Made by a program: the position numbers and the translations under genes | Part shown: piece by piece, positions 1 through 11,545 of the stretch | How positions within the stretch are numbered: position 1 is the stretch's first letter | Layout: every line of letters starts with the position of its first letter | The notes under the pieces: generated by a model | Database searches by the model: none | Told to the model about the DNA's origin: nothing | What the model saw: only the letters and a program-made list of their open reading frames with translations | From: Lingula anatina | Lineage: Eukaryota; Animalia; Brachiopoda | Length of the DNA stretch: 64,000 nucleotides | Direction of reading: 5' to 3' | NCBI GenBank assembly: GCA_051362555.1 | Contig: CM120641.1 | Coordinates: 13,640,001-13,704,000 of the forward strand

Positions 1-132
1 GCCATTTAGCAATTTATATGTAAAACGTTTCTACCATATCTCTACCATTGTATTTGATAGTAAATTTGCATGTGACAAATATTTGTTGAATTAAAAATGT
101 TATCTAAAACAATTCCATCTTTTCATGTTCAG

Positions 133-941
133 TTTGCGCCAATTTCACCTTGGATACGAAAAATGATGTAAGTTTTTGTCTGGGGGAGATTAAAGAAAAA
201 TTTTATATTTCTTAAAGTCGGGTACTATTGATTAAATCTGCACTTGGAATATTAGAATGTGTTGTTTCTTACTTTAAATGTAGACCCAGTACAATGAAAC
301 TGATCTAAATTTATCTTTACCTGCAAATGTCCCTTCCAGACCTTAAACGTTGTTGTTACCATCAACGACAAAGTTCTCCTTAACCAGACAGTGGATGGTA
401 AGAATATGCACCTTACATTTATGGTCTACTTATTATTATTTGTATCTTTTTGCAACACAAATATTTGAAGCATTGCTTTGCTTGCTCTTTTATGCTGACA
501 GTGCACAACAGAAAATCAAATGAACAGTTCTATTAACATCAATGCATTTAAACTGCCTGAAAATGGTATTCTCTCAAACTTTGTAAATGTAAAACATCCA
601 TAGTTTTGCTCAATAAGCCTTGTCTTAATGAATACTTCAGCCATCAAATGGAAATAACGATTGAATAAATAAACATATATTCAATTCCATTGTTTATCTT
701 TTCAGCTCACAATCCCCCACCCCTTTGCCAAGGCATGCCTGGTATTGGTACATGGTGCACCATATTCTACAACATGACATACAACCCCTTTGGAGGCTGC
801 ATGAAGTTTGAGGTTCGCATCTTAGGAAAGACGGTGTTAACAATACCAGCTGGCTGCTTTCACTTCCCTGGAAAATTACATAGGCCTCACAGAAAACTAG
901 AGGTATTGGACCATCTTGCCTATTTTCTTAAGAAACAGTAA
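133..941 (+). CDS. 3' part of a small Cys-rich DUF4773-like protein gene; exons 133-167, 340-397, 706-941 (5' end outside window)
   Basis: All three exons have AG/GT boundaries and consistent phases. The spliced product is xCANFTLDTKND-TLNVVVTINDKVLLNQTVD-AHNPPPLCQGMPGIGTWCTIFYNMTYNPFGGCMKFEVRILGKTVLTIPAGCFHFPGK...KKQ*. The CxN...NPPPxC...C..F.N...GC...GCF pattern matches my recollection of DUF4773 (PF15998); no search was run. Confidence 0.72.
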
Positions 942-1210
942 ATTTCCAGAGGGCCTTCACATCTTGAAAGCCACATGGAAAAGGGTGAAATTTTTGTACC
1001 CCACAAGTAGTTGTGATTTAGTGCAGTTGTGAATTTTGTTGGTGCCCTAGGCATGACTGGTTTCAAAGCAAAGGCCTGTTTCACTTAGTCTAAAGTTCTT
1101 GGGCTTAGTCGGCTAACACTGGATGGCAGAACAGATCAAAGGATATTTATGAAGCATAGAACAGAGTAAAAAAAATGACACATGGTAACTATACTTCAAT
1201 AGTGTAATCT

Positions 1211-1216
1211 TTTATT
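1211..1216 (-). terminator. Candidate PDPK1 polyadenylation signal (AATAAA on -)
   Basis: tttatt at 1211-1216, about 1.4 kb past the stop codon, followed by T/GT-rich sequence on the - strand. Another candidate is at 1457-1462. Confidence 0.4.
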
Positions 1217-1293
1217 CAATTGTTTATATTTAGTTTCATGTACAAGTACAATAATTTACACTAGTCCCCTTACTGTGTCAGTACATCTGTACA

Positions 1294-1317
1294 AATAAAA
1301 ATGACTAGATCAATAAA
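1294..1317 (+). terminator. Candidate polyadenylation signals of the DUF4773-like gene
   Basis: AATAAA at 1294-1299 and 1312-1317, the first ones I saw downstream of the stop at 941. Confidence 0.4.
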
Positions 1318-2642
1318 ATTCTTTTGAACACTGTTCACAGACAAGTTGCTTTCAAACCTTAGACTGCACCTACACAGATATTTCAAGTACACAATTCTAA
1401 AGAGGTTCAAGCATTTTCTCTTATTCAGTGAAAGGGGCACCAAATAATATCCCAGATTTATTTGTTGTCACCATGCACCATAATTGTTTTTTCCGATACC
1501 AATCTTCAGATGCATTTTTTTTCTGCTGAGATCCCTAATAAATAAAAAACTGGTTTAAGCAGATTGCAAACATTGTTCTGTACCATGTTAATGCATCGTT
1601 TTTCTCTCTACCTCAGTGAAAGCACAGCTCCAAATACATTTCCTATTCTCCCACTAAAGAAACACATATGCTATAATACTGATCCTTCACAACCCAGCTG
1701 TGGCTGCTATGACCATTAACAGATTTCAGATCCACTCTCCATTTTTTTGCCTACATATTTTTTCCAAAGTGCTTCAATCAATCCAATAGCAGAGACGTAA
1801 TGTAATTGCAACAGTTAACTCTATAAAATAGGTCTAGATAATGCTGACTACTTTCTCATCTTATACAAGCACAATACATACACGAGGAATAATGCTAGCT
1901 CTGAGTAACCAACACAGTTAACAACTCCAATATATATCATGTATACGCATCTTTTTGAAAAATGAGTTATAATGGTTATACCAATTTTTCAGTTAATACC
2001 ACAAAATACATAACCAGATACATCAAAACCATATCGGCAATTTTGTCCTGCCAATACAAAAACTTCCACATTCTGAATATCTACCAAGCAGCACTAGTTT
2101 ACTGAGAGAACCGGAGAAGGCATAACCACAGGACAAGAAGCTGAATAAACTGCTTTTACCACTATTATATAAATATGTATATCTGTTCATGTCTGTGTAT
2201 GCACATCTTACATATACCTAACAAGAATACAAAACAGGACGTTTGTCATCCATATGGGTACTATGATAACTGCAAGCATTTGCCTACTGAATGATTTCTT
2301 ACATCTAAATGCAACCAGTGCATGTGGGCTTATTTTTGATACACACACCACTGAAAGTCACAAGCTAGGTGCTACCTAGCCTTCTTGAATTCTACCAGAT
2401 AGCATCCTGGGTTTCCCAAGGTTTTGGATTGATTTAAACAATTGGCCCTTCTAGCTCCTATACTTAAACATATATTCCAGTAGCTACATCCTTGGGAACG
2501 TATCTTTGTACACAGAGGACTCTGAAAGAAAATGTATTCCAGGAAATACTTCAGGGATGTCCATTCCATGTGTTTAAGACTAAAAATGTGACGTCCTGGG
2601 CCAATTCTTTTTGCTCTTTTCCTTGCACTGTATTCTTGAGGC

Positions 2643-5600
2643 TCATTTCTTGACAACTTTAGGGGTCCCAAAATACCTATCCCACACTTCCTGTATTGAT
2701 TTCACCCACTCTAGAGCATAGCCATCTGGGTCATCTAAATAGTATGTTCTTTTTGGCTAAAATCAGAAAATAAAAATATTTGAGTAAAGATGCATTTGAG
2801 CATTTTTTATGCATTGTATAATGAAAGCTCACTTGAATGTTATACACTGCAAGTTTGTAACCTTAAATAAACAACAAATGTGCAAAGTTGTCTTATTTCA
2901 GCCTCATATACATCAAATCAAAGGCATAAAATGTAAGAACATGATGCTCACAGTATGAACATAGAAAATGTGGAAATTTTTAGCCTCTGGTCTCAGTTCT
3001 CTGGACCATGGTATCTGTCCCTTAAGAACCATATTAACTGGATCCACATAGTAAAGGTGTGGCCCCTCTGTTAGCAACATCATCCTTCTTCTAGAGAACA
3101 AACCCTAAAAAGATTACCAAACATTTAAGACGGTTAATCTTTATCAAAACTCCTGTATTCTCTTTACAGTGTACATAAATAATCTATATGTCATATACTC
3201 CCAAAGACTAACAAAGTTTTGGGTAATTAAATGTTCTGGTCATTTGAAAATTTAAAGAATATCCAAGTTATGGTCGTATTCCAAAAAGAGCACACACATA
3301 TGCATTTGGTACAGGATTATTTCCTGAAAACATTCTTGAATCATGCCTACCCTTTTTTTATCCACCAAGCCTTGTTTCAGTACTAAGTGATTTTCTACAA
3401 ACTTATGGTAGATGTTTTCCCGCTTCTGTTTTTCTATCAGTTCACTATGCTCTTGTTCTGTCATCCTAAAAGTAAGTCAAATTCATATTAAGTGGCTTTA
3501 TTCTGTCCAACACCTGACTGCTTACAAAAGTGTTATATTTATTTCAACATCAGAAATATACATTACAAAACAACTATTTCAAAGTTTAACAGCCAACATA
3601 TTAACTACCCTTCACTAAATTCAAAACTGCATTTTGTTCCCCATTGCTACATATATATACCTGCAAACATGTGTGACTTTGATTCAGAACATTAATTCGA
3701 AGACAGTTTACAAATCTTAAAAAGTTACTTACATGTTGTCAAAGCTCTCCTCATGCATGCAGTCTGTCTTGTCATCCACTTCTACCTTGCATAACAGCTG
3801 ACTGATGTGCATTTCATCATAACCAGGCTACAAATAACACAAAAACAACTTTTATTACATCTTATTGCAAGGAATTATAATTCTTAAAAGAGTATTGCAC
3901 ATAAAGTGGCCAGACAATTAAGCTGATCATACTGAGTGCATTTAAGTGAGAATCTTCACAGATATAGATTGATCCTGCGGGACGGATAACTTTTAATCTG
4001 AACACAGCCCAAATCTATAGTCATTATAATTACTGTGTAGAAAATGGCAAGCTAACCAACCTTGAGATCCTTGTACAGATTGTCATTGTCTCTGTTTTTG
4101 TTTAGGGGTTCTAAAGGGGGTTTCTGATTGATCAAATCATCCCATTTTATGCCTTTGAGAAATGAATGGGTCTTCAATGGTCCATAACCACCTTCTTCCT
4201 CACAGCCAATACGCTTTGTGGGATCCAGTTGCTATAGAAATATGTAAATTAATATCAGAAAAGCAAGGGCTCAAATAGAAGTAAAGTAGCATACCCTTTA
4301 AGCCTACAAGTAACATTAATGCAATCACAAATTAAGTTCTTAAGAAAAAACAACAGCAACCTAAAAATTACTTATGTAATCTATGGCAAAGGAGCTTTGA
4401 AGTAGAATGAAGTGGACCTTTTCCAATAATGCAGTATTCAATTTTACAATTGTACTTACTATTAGCTTGTCCACAAGATCTCTAGCATCTGGATCAAATC
4501 CTTCAGGAAAGGCATAATCAACTTTCACAATTTTCTGGAAAATTTCGTATTCATGTCTGAAAGATAAAAGAAGCATTTTAAATATGATGGACAAATCAAG
4601 TCACCAACAGAAAACATTTTAACTAAGAATGAAACACTTAATTAAAACCAGTGAAAACAGAATAAAAGTTAAAAATCATTTCAGTTACCTTAATAATTTC
4701 CTAAACCCAATATTTTTTAATCGGAAGAGCACATATGTAATATCGCATTCATCCATAAACTTAGCATTTCATTACCATCAAAGATTATATATTCATTCCA
4801 ATATGAAAGAGGTGTGTGTATATACTGACCTTCCTCTAAATGGTGTCAATCCACCTAATAATTGGTATATTATACAACCCAAAGCCCATAAGTCCGAGCT
4901 ATAAGAAGAGAGAGTTTATAATCAAGTTTTTATAAATACACACAAAAAGCTGACAGAAATTCATTTTAATTCAAATTTAAGCATAAAGTGTGCAAGTTAA
5001 TTATTCACTGTAACTATTGCTCTGATTGATAAGGACTGTTGTGCATCTTTCATCAGTCGATCAGTTATTTTAGCATATGAATAGAAAAGGCACAGCATTA
5101 TCAGCTCTAATACACCTTCTTCTTACTAAAAAATAACTTTATTAAATATTATAGTTTCTTCTAGTCCAGCTACACTTACCTGCAATACGTTGTCTTACTA
5201 GTGAGCACTTCTGGAGAAACATACTGAGCTGTTCCTACAAATGAATTACGCCGCCTTCCAGCATTAGAGTCTAAAACAAGAATGGTAACAGGTGAACAAT
5301 CGATCCACTCAGATATTAAGGATACTGTTAGTGTTTTCCAAAATCTCCTTATGTACTGCCTAACATACATTCTTTTAGATAAAAAAATAAATCTTCAGTG
5401 TTCAGTGACTTAATTAATTAACATTGACACAGATGTCATCTTACGGGTGATGTCATAACTGCAATTTTGGGGTAAAAATTGAAAATTTGGTTTCTCTAAT
5501 TTCTCCTTTACCTGAGAACCCACGAACATGGTTTTAACACAAATTTAATGACACCATTTAGTACTCAGAAACCCTGCCAGCAATTTTTCTTAAAAGTCTT

Positions 5601-8557
5601 AGTTTCGATATTATCATTATCCAGCTTTTTCTTTTTTTCAAAATACTTTGTTTACACATAATGATGATAACAACAGCATCTTTTAGTTTTAGCTGCTAGA
5701 ATAAAGTTCAAATTTTCACTAAATGAATTAAGTGACAACATAACATCACAATGATGTTAATCATAACAGGCCCAAAAACTATTAATATTAGTTTGATCTT
5801 GGATATGAATCTTATACAATTATTTTCAAATTCCTTACCTTCATTTGTGTTGTTTTGAACCTCTCTTTTTATAATTTTAGCTGAGCCAAAATCTGTTATT
5901 TGTATGTGCATGTTGTCACCAAACAGAATGTTTTCAGGCTTCAAATCTCTGAAATAAAAATTTGCAAGAAATTGATAGTATATATACCAACACCTTTTGC
6001 CCTCTACCCCATCTAATTTGTCAACTTATTCATTTTATTTCATCAACACAATGTTAAACATATATCCCATAACTGACTGTAAATCTCAAGAGAATCATGT
6101 GACTACTTCAATAAATGCTTTCTACTTACCTATGGATAATCCCTTTTCCATGTAAGTGTTCTAATGCTGATACAATTTCTGCTGTATAAAAGCGAGTCTG
6201 TTCCAGACTAAAAGAACCCATTTTATTCAGATATTCAAACAATTCTCCTCTTCTTGCATAACTCAAACAAAAGTCTACACACACTGTTAAGGTTACACAA
6301 CAGTCCTTAGTCAAATATTGTATACAATTACTAATAATAAATTATATAATAAATAAGAAAAAAATATTTTAGGTGCTTCAACTGACATGCCAAATTGGGT
6401 ATCCACGCAAAACATGAAGTGTGAAATAGCAAAAATTTGCTTACTTTCATTTTTTTTGTTGACATTACGCGTGTCAATTTTTGAAGGATGAGTCTAGTGA
6501 CAGTTTCTGATGACAGAGTCATATTTCAAGTACTGTTTATATAACCACCACTGACAAGTATGATAAGACCTTCGAGGCAAGAAGGAAAATTTAAAAAAAA
6601 AAAAAAGAAGAAGAAATTTCCTATACATAAAAAAGTTCTACCTTTTTGACATTTACAATTATTTACAACAAATGTTACAGCTATTTTCTATAATGACAGA
6701 ATGAGTATTACCACAACCATGGGATTTGCATAATGTTCTTGATATTATAAGGATACATAACCTATCCATGTCTTGAAATGTGAAGTACATCCTTACAAAA
6801 AATGGGTGGTTTATCATAGCAAATACTTCCTTCTCTCTGTGAACATATTCCGTTTTATGCTCTTTGATGATGAAACGTTTTTCAAGTACTTTCACTAAAA
6901 ATGAAATTAAATACACAAATCAAGTTAAATTATTCCAGGTAATCCATAAAATTATCTTTACTTTGAGAGGATAAGTATTTCTGTAGATGTTAATTTAAAC
7001 TAACGGATGGAATGTGATAACTTAAAAGTTTCCTGAACATAAAAATATTTTAACGGAAAACAAGTTTTTTTTTCTTAAATTCATGTCGAAATTGAGAGAG
7101 AAAATCTAATACAATGAACAACATTTTAATCTTCAGTAATGCAAATAAAAGTGGCCTTATGTCCCACGCGGGACGAAGAGCAATGATGATGATGAATGCA
7201 AATAAAATAAAGTGATTTAAATATTATCCCTTTAGTGTTACCAAGTCATCATTGAAGAATTCTGCCACTTTTACCATGCTTAAAGCTTATTATATAAATA
7301 AATAAAAAAAAAACATACTTGCGTATTCTTTTCCTGTGCTTACTTCTTTAACCAAAAATACCTAAATTAGAAAAGGGCTTAGTGTGAGTAACATTGTACA
7401 CTTTGACTGCCAATTAACCTAAATGGTATATAGTGTAATTTTCAAAGCCAAAATTTCAAAATTAAGGACAAAGAATCTGACGAAACAGTGAAAGTCCCGT
7501 TAAAAAAATCACATTCAGGAAATGGAGGGTTAATGTCAATTTTAGCATTTAACAGCACCGAATTGAAACTGCTTCCTAATGACCTAATACCAAAATGTTA
7601 GGTCTGACATACACAGGTAAACCACAGAATTGGTACAGGTGCCAGTTAATTAAATTTCTGTGATTCATGCAACCAAAACATTACTATTAAAAAAAGTTAA
7701 AGTTCACTCAGCATGAAATGTCAAGGGGTTCTGGGCATAGGAATGACTGACTCACTGTTGAATAAGATCCCTCTCCTATGACCTTTCCAAACAGAAAGTC
7801 TTCTGGCTTCTTTTTCATCTGCTTCATACTACTTCTTTTACTCATTTTGTTGTCTGTTCCTTGGCCATCACTCCGTTCTCCTTGGGGTACTGGACTAGAG
7901 GGTTCTTGGGAAGAGGGGCTCTTCCGCTGAGTTTCACTCTGAGTAAAAAAAAGTTGAATATACTTAACATCATCTTTTATAACTTTCAAATCATTTTGTC
8001 TATTTATATCAAATTTTGTGGTTTACTTGGAAGACATTAAAAGAAGAAAAAAAATCTTGAACACTTTTCTGAAACCTTCATTTGGTTTACCTGAAATATT
8101 TTTAAAAGATGGTACATTTAACAAAAATATAATTTAATGGAGAACTAGGTCGTATTGTGGGTATCAGCACATTCAGGTTGAACAGGTGCTCATTTGGACT
8201 AACGTAATATCTTTTCCACAAGAAATATGGAGGTGAAATTGTCTTTCATTCTTATGTTTCACAGGATCTATAATTGTGTTTTGCTGATCATGAGTAATAA
8301 TCACCTCTCAATCTGTCATAACAAGAACATGACAATATGTTGTCTTAATAAATAATAGATGAGATTGGTGTCTGACCTTTCCATGTCCCACAGTGAAAGT
8401 AATAAAACCCTAGACATCATGCAGACTAGAACATTTCAGGGAATTCAGAACAGAATGCACTCAATCAATAATACTGCTTTCAGTGTGGCATAATAAACCA
8501 ATTTCAACAAACTGATAGCACCATTAAGATCATAAACTTGTTATATATCTTTCTCCT

Positions 8558-8588
<31 letters not shown>

Positions 8589-9068
8589 CTCTTCTAGCAC
8601 AAAATTGGTCACATATGATCACAATGCAGTGCATTAATGCTGTCACACTGGCCCGTTCTAATGCTTTTGCTTTGTCTCCTGTGTAGAGCCCCAAATTCAT
8701 GTTGTAGGACTTCTGTTTAACTTCTTCCTTACTTAAGAAATTACAGACAAAGAGCCCACTGGTACTAAGAATATCAGATGAAGAATAGAACAAAGAATTA
8801 TTATCTGAAGTGTTATCTTAACCGTTGCATACATTAGTCTAATTCAATGTACATGCCCTAGAATCACCATTAGCTATCCATATTTCATCATTTGCTGTAA
8901 CAAAGGTTCAAAAAACTTTGAATAATTGGATTTGTCAAATTAAATATTGCGTAAATCTCATTCTTAAATTGATGCATTTTCAGGCAAAATGAGAAAATAA
9001 AAATATTTAAATGTATAACCATTAATCAAGACAGGCAGTGATAATGAATTTTTATGCCCCCCCCCCCC

Positions 9069-9114
<46 letters not shown>

Positions 9115-9797
9115 TTCTTTTCTGGCAGAGTTCAAATTCTCAAGAATGCAAACATCATCATGTTTCTGCCCTTTCACTAGTATTCTAAATATTAGCTTAT
9201 TTGGATTGTAATTTTTAATATAACTATGTAGCAGGATGTAACTCTATAATCTTATTATAAAATCATGACAGTCATTCAGAAGGAAATATACAGTGAAATG
9301 TAAGAAATTATTATGCTGAATCACAACTGAATGTCAAAAGCCCAACAAAACAAAAAGAATATCACATATTATGACAGATAATGTAGATTTTAATGCCACC
9401 TACAACACCTATGAGTGGTTTCATTTCAAAAGTACTACTAGCATTAACGTCGGTAAAAAAGGAATCAAAATCGCGGTACTAAATTAATATTTCTACCTTA
9501 TAAAATAGATACGTTACTGTACACACGAGTTTCTGAATAACTCTGTTGGGCCTGCTAGTATTCATTAAAGCACACTGTGTAACTGGATCATCCGAACACA
9601 TTGTTACTTTCTACCGACAAAGCAAGGCTGTTATTAAAACTTGAGTGGCAATAACAAAACTGCAACAGGAAGCTCGTGGTTTGAAGCATGTTTTCACATT
9701 AATAGACAACATTCAAATATATTGCAGGGCGACCAGAACACCAAACCACATCAAAACAAGTCACCAATTCAGTTGGTATGAAAAATAATCTTACCAT
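2643..9797 (-). CDS. PDPK1: 3-phosphoinositide-dependent protein kinase 1 (AGC kinase + C-terminal PH domain), about 508 aa. Coding exons: 9795-9797 (ATG only), 7756-7938, 7319-7361, 6757-6894, 6130-6274, 5839-5948, 5180-5270, 4830-4898, 4460-4556, 4061-4231, 3733-3827, 3351-3465, 2952-3104, 2643-2756
   Basis: The exons splice in frame with GT-AG ends (1527 nt including TGA). Kinase motifs: [54 protein letters not shown], activation loop [27 protein letters not shown] domain: [32 protein letters not shown]...[14 protein letters not shown]...[12 protein letters not shown]. All of these closely match human PDK1. The ATG-only first coding exon is the least certain part. Confidence 0.97.
6275..6756 (-). 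other. U12-type (minor spliceosome) GT-AG intron of PDPK1
   Basis: The 5' splice site reads GTATCCTT (6756-6749). A CCTTAAC branch site (6292-6286) lies about 10 nt before the AG, with no polypyrimidine tract. The join T|AC restores Tyr in DRL-Y-FCLSYA. Confidence 0.9.
7151..7194 (+). mobile_element. Extremely 5'-truncated RTE-like non-LTR retrotransposon (or RTE-tailed SINE) 3' end with a 13-bp TSD
   Basis: The direct repeat AATGCAAATAAAA (7138-7150 and 7195-7207) flanks GTGGCCTTATGTCCCACGCGGGACGAAGAGCAA(TGA)n. The insert reads [11 protein letters not shown] followed by a short tandem-repeat tail, typical of RTE-clade 3' ends. It is CpG-rich within an AT-rich intron. Confidence 0.75.
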
Positions 9798-9839
9798 GGC
9801 CTTTATATTCGATGTTTTTATCTTCTACTGCCAACAGTT

Positions 9840-10260
9840 CTGTCTGGTGGCGGCCATCTTCCTGCATAGACGGAAGAAACACTGATTCTTGCGTAAGTGC
9901 TTCCTGTCTAAAATCCAGATTTAGGCACGTTTTATGGATGAATGTATTAGCTAATAAAATTTTAAATGAAAAGAAAAGTTCTATCTGTATACGGATAAGT
10001 TAGTTTTAAGATAGATTTACGTAAACTTTATCATTTTGCCAACTTTTCATATGAATTTTCCTTACGGTTCTCACGTTGACGTCATTTCAATCTGAATCAT
10101 CCGGGTATCGATGATGGCTGCACTATTTACCCACGACGACTGATTCATTGCTAAGCAGTCAAGTAAATTTCAGGTTTGTAGAATCCGACTTTATTGATAC
10201 ATAACACGTGCAATAGAGAGACAGCTGTTTTATTTTATATATTAGAAACTCTTAACGTTC
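9840..10260. promoter_or_regulatory. CpG-retaining promoter region of PDPK1, probably bidirectional
   Basis: Local CpG enrichment relative to the flanks. Perfect CRE palindrome TGACGTCA at 10077-10084, DRE-like TATCGAT at 10106-10112, YY1-like AAGATGGCCGCC on - at 9860-9849. A strong + strand donor CA|GTAAGT follows at 10621/10622. Confidence 0.6.
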
Positions 10261-11040
10261 GGGTTAGGCAAATTGCAATAGACGTCTGTCAACAAGGGCA
10301 CCTATTTCCTGATTTGGAGGTAGGGGAAATTGACACCCTTTTGCAAGATGATCCTATTTTTACCTTGGCTTACCTGTATCATGAACATTTAACAAATCGA
10401 CTGAGAGACGTTTTACTTGAATGTTGCGTGTTTGACGGTTTTTTAACTCTCTTGTGCTAACCTGACAGTGATTTGCATCAATGTTTTATACAGACTTGGT
10501 ACTCGTAATTCAATTATCCAGACTCATCAGACGTGTCCTGTTTGTTGACTGTTACATAATCTTGTAACCACATTACCGTTGGGAGGCAAAGGGGTATTAA
10601 TCTACATTATCTATACTGGCAGTAAGTAAACCATGTCTGTGAAAGTATAAAATGTAATATCACATGGATATATCATGCATACATGAAGTTTGGTCATGTG
10701 TCCCACAGTTATATTTTCTCTTTCCATATATCTGGCAGAGCTATTTATCTTTTCCAGTTCAGACCTCTAAGACACTAAGGTAAATGCCCTGTAACATATA
10801 TAAATTATTAGCACTAGTTCCTTAAACAGCAAATAAAATCCACATGGTAAAATATGATTTGACATAAGTACTAGCTAAACATGCATCTTTAAAAAGCAAT
10901 TTTTTAAAACGATGAAAATCCTTAAGTAATAGTACTTGATGTCAATATTTTTTCTGAAACCCACTGGGTGACATGTCAGTCTCAGGGCGCATTCCCATAA
11001 ATACCAACGGTCTGCAGACTACTAGTATGTAGATCAATCC

Positions 11041-11199
11041 AGCTCTGTGGGGACTTTTGCTGAATGCAGTCAGTTGAACAGATTAACATGCCTTCTCTTG
11101 GCATTGAGTAGAATACAGACAAGCTGATTATTATATGAGTCAAGGAAGCATGTCATTCAGTTAAGCTGATTGCACTCATTGAAAGTCCCCACATAGTTG
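11041..11199. repeat. Degenerate inverted repeat (arms about 50-60 bp), possibly an old MITE/foldback
   Basis: The arm tgtggggactttt..tgaatgcagtcagtt.aac.ga.t.acatgc pairs with gcatgtcattcagttaagctgattgcactcattgaaagtccccaca. Confidence 0.6.
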
Positions 11200-11280
11200 A
11201 ATCAAATTACATACACCCAATGGTGTCTACAGTAGCCCCTACATGAACCCGAAGTGACTGGCCAGTCATTTAGACTTAAA

Positions 11281-11545
11281 TTCTTTATTAGGAAATGTAA
11301 AATAAAATAAAAGATAGGATCCAAGTGCAGGGATGTTGAGCAATGATTCACGAGAAGGAGAAAATTGCTCTTTTTTCAAAGATAATACAATTTGGTGGGA
11401 TCTTGGTTAAGATTCTATATTAGGAAATGTAAAATAAAATAAAAGATAGGATCCAAGTGCAGGGATGTTGAGCAATGATTCACGGGAAGGAGAAAATTGC
11501 TCTTTTTTCAAAGATAATACAATTTGATGGGATCTTGGTTAAGAT
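11281..11545. repeat. Tandem duplication, 132 bp x 2
   Basis: Units start at 11281 and 11413; I count 3 mismatches. Confidence 0.95.

Noticed and set aside
5430-5600. Weak resemblance to 20790-20950 (GTGATGTCAT...CCTGCCA...AATTTTTCT)
   Set aside because: The similarity is patchy and no termini or TSD were found; it may be an old repeat but cannot be supported without alignment.
5180-5880. About 9-residue insertion in the PDK1 activation segment relative to human
   Set aside because: It is real, but this segment is known to vary in length among invertebrate PDK1s, and the NSFVGT phosphosite motif is intact.
10194-10460. 88-aa ORF beside the promoter
   Set aside because: TTG start and no recognisable domain; more likely 5' UTR sequence.
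11281-11545. Direct repeats as a possible CRISPR array or LTR pair
   Set aside because: Only two abutting 132-bp units with no spacers or internal region, in a eukaryotic context; a simple tandem duplication.
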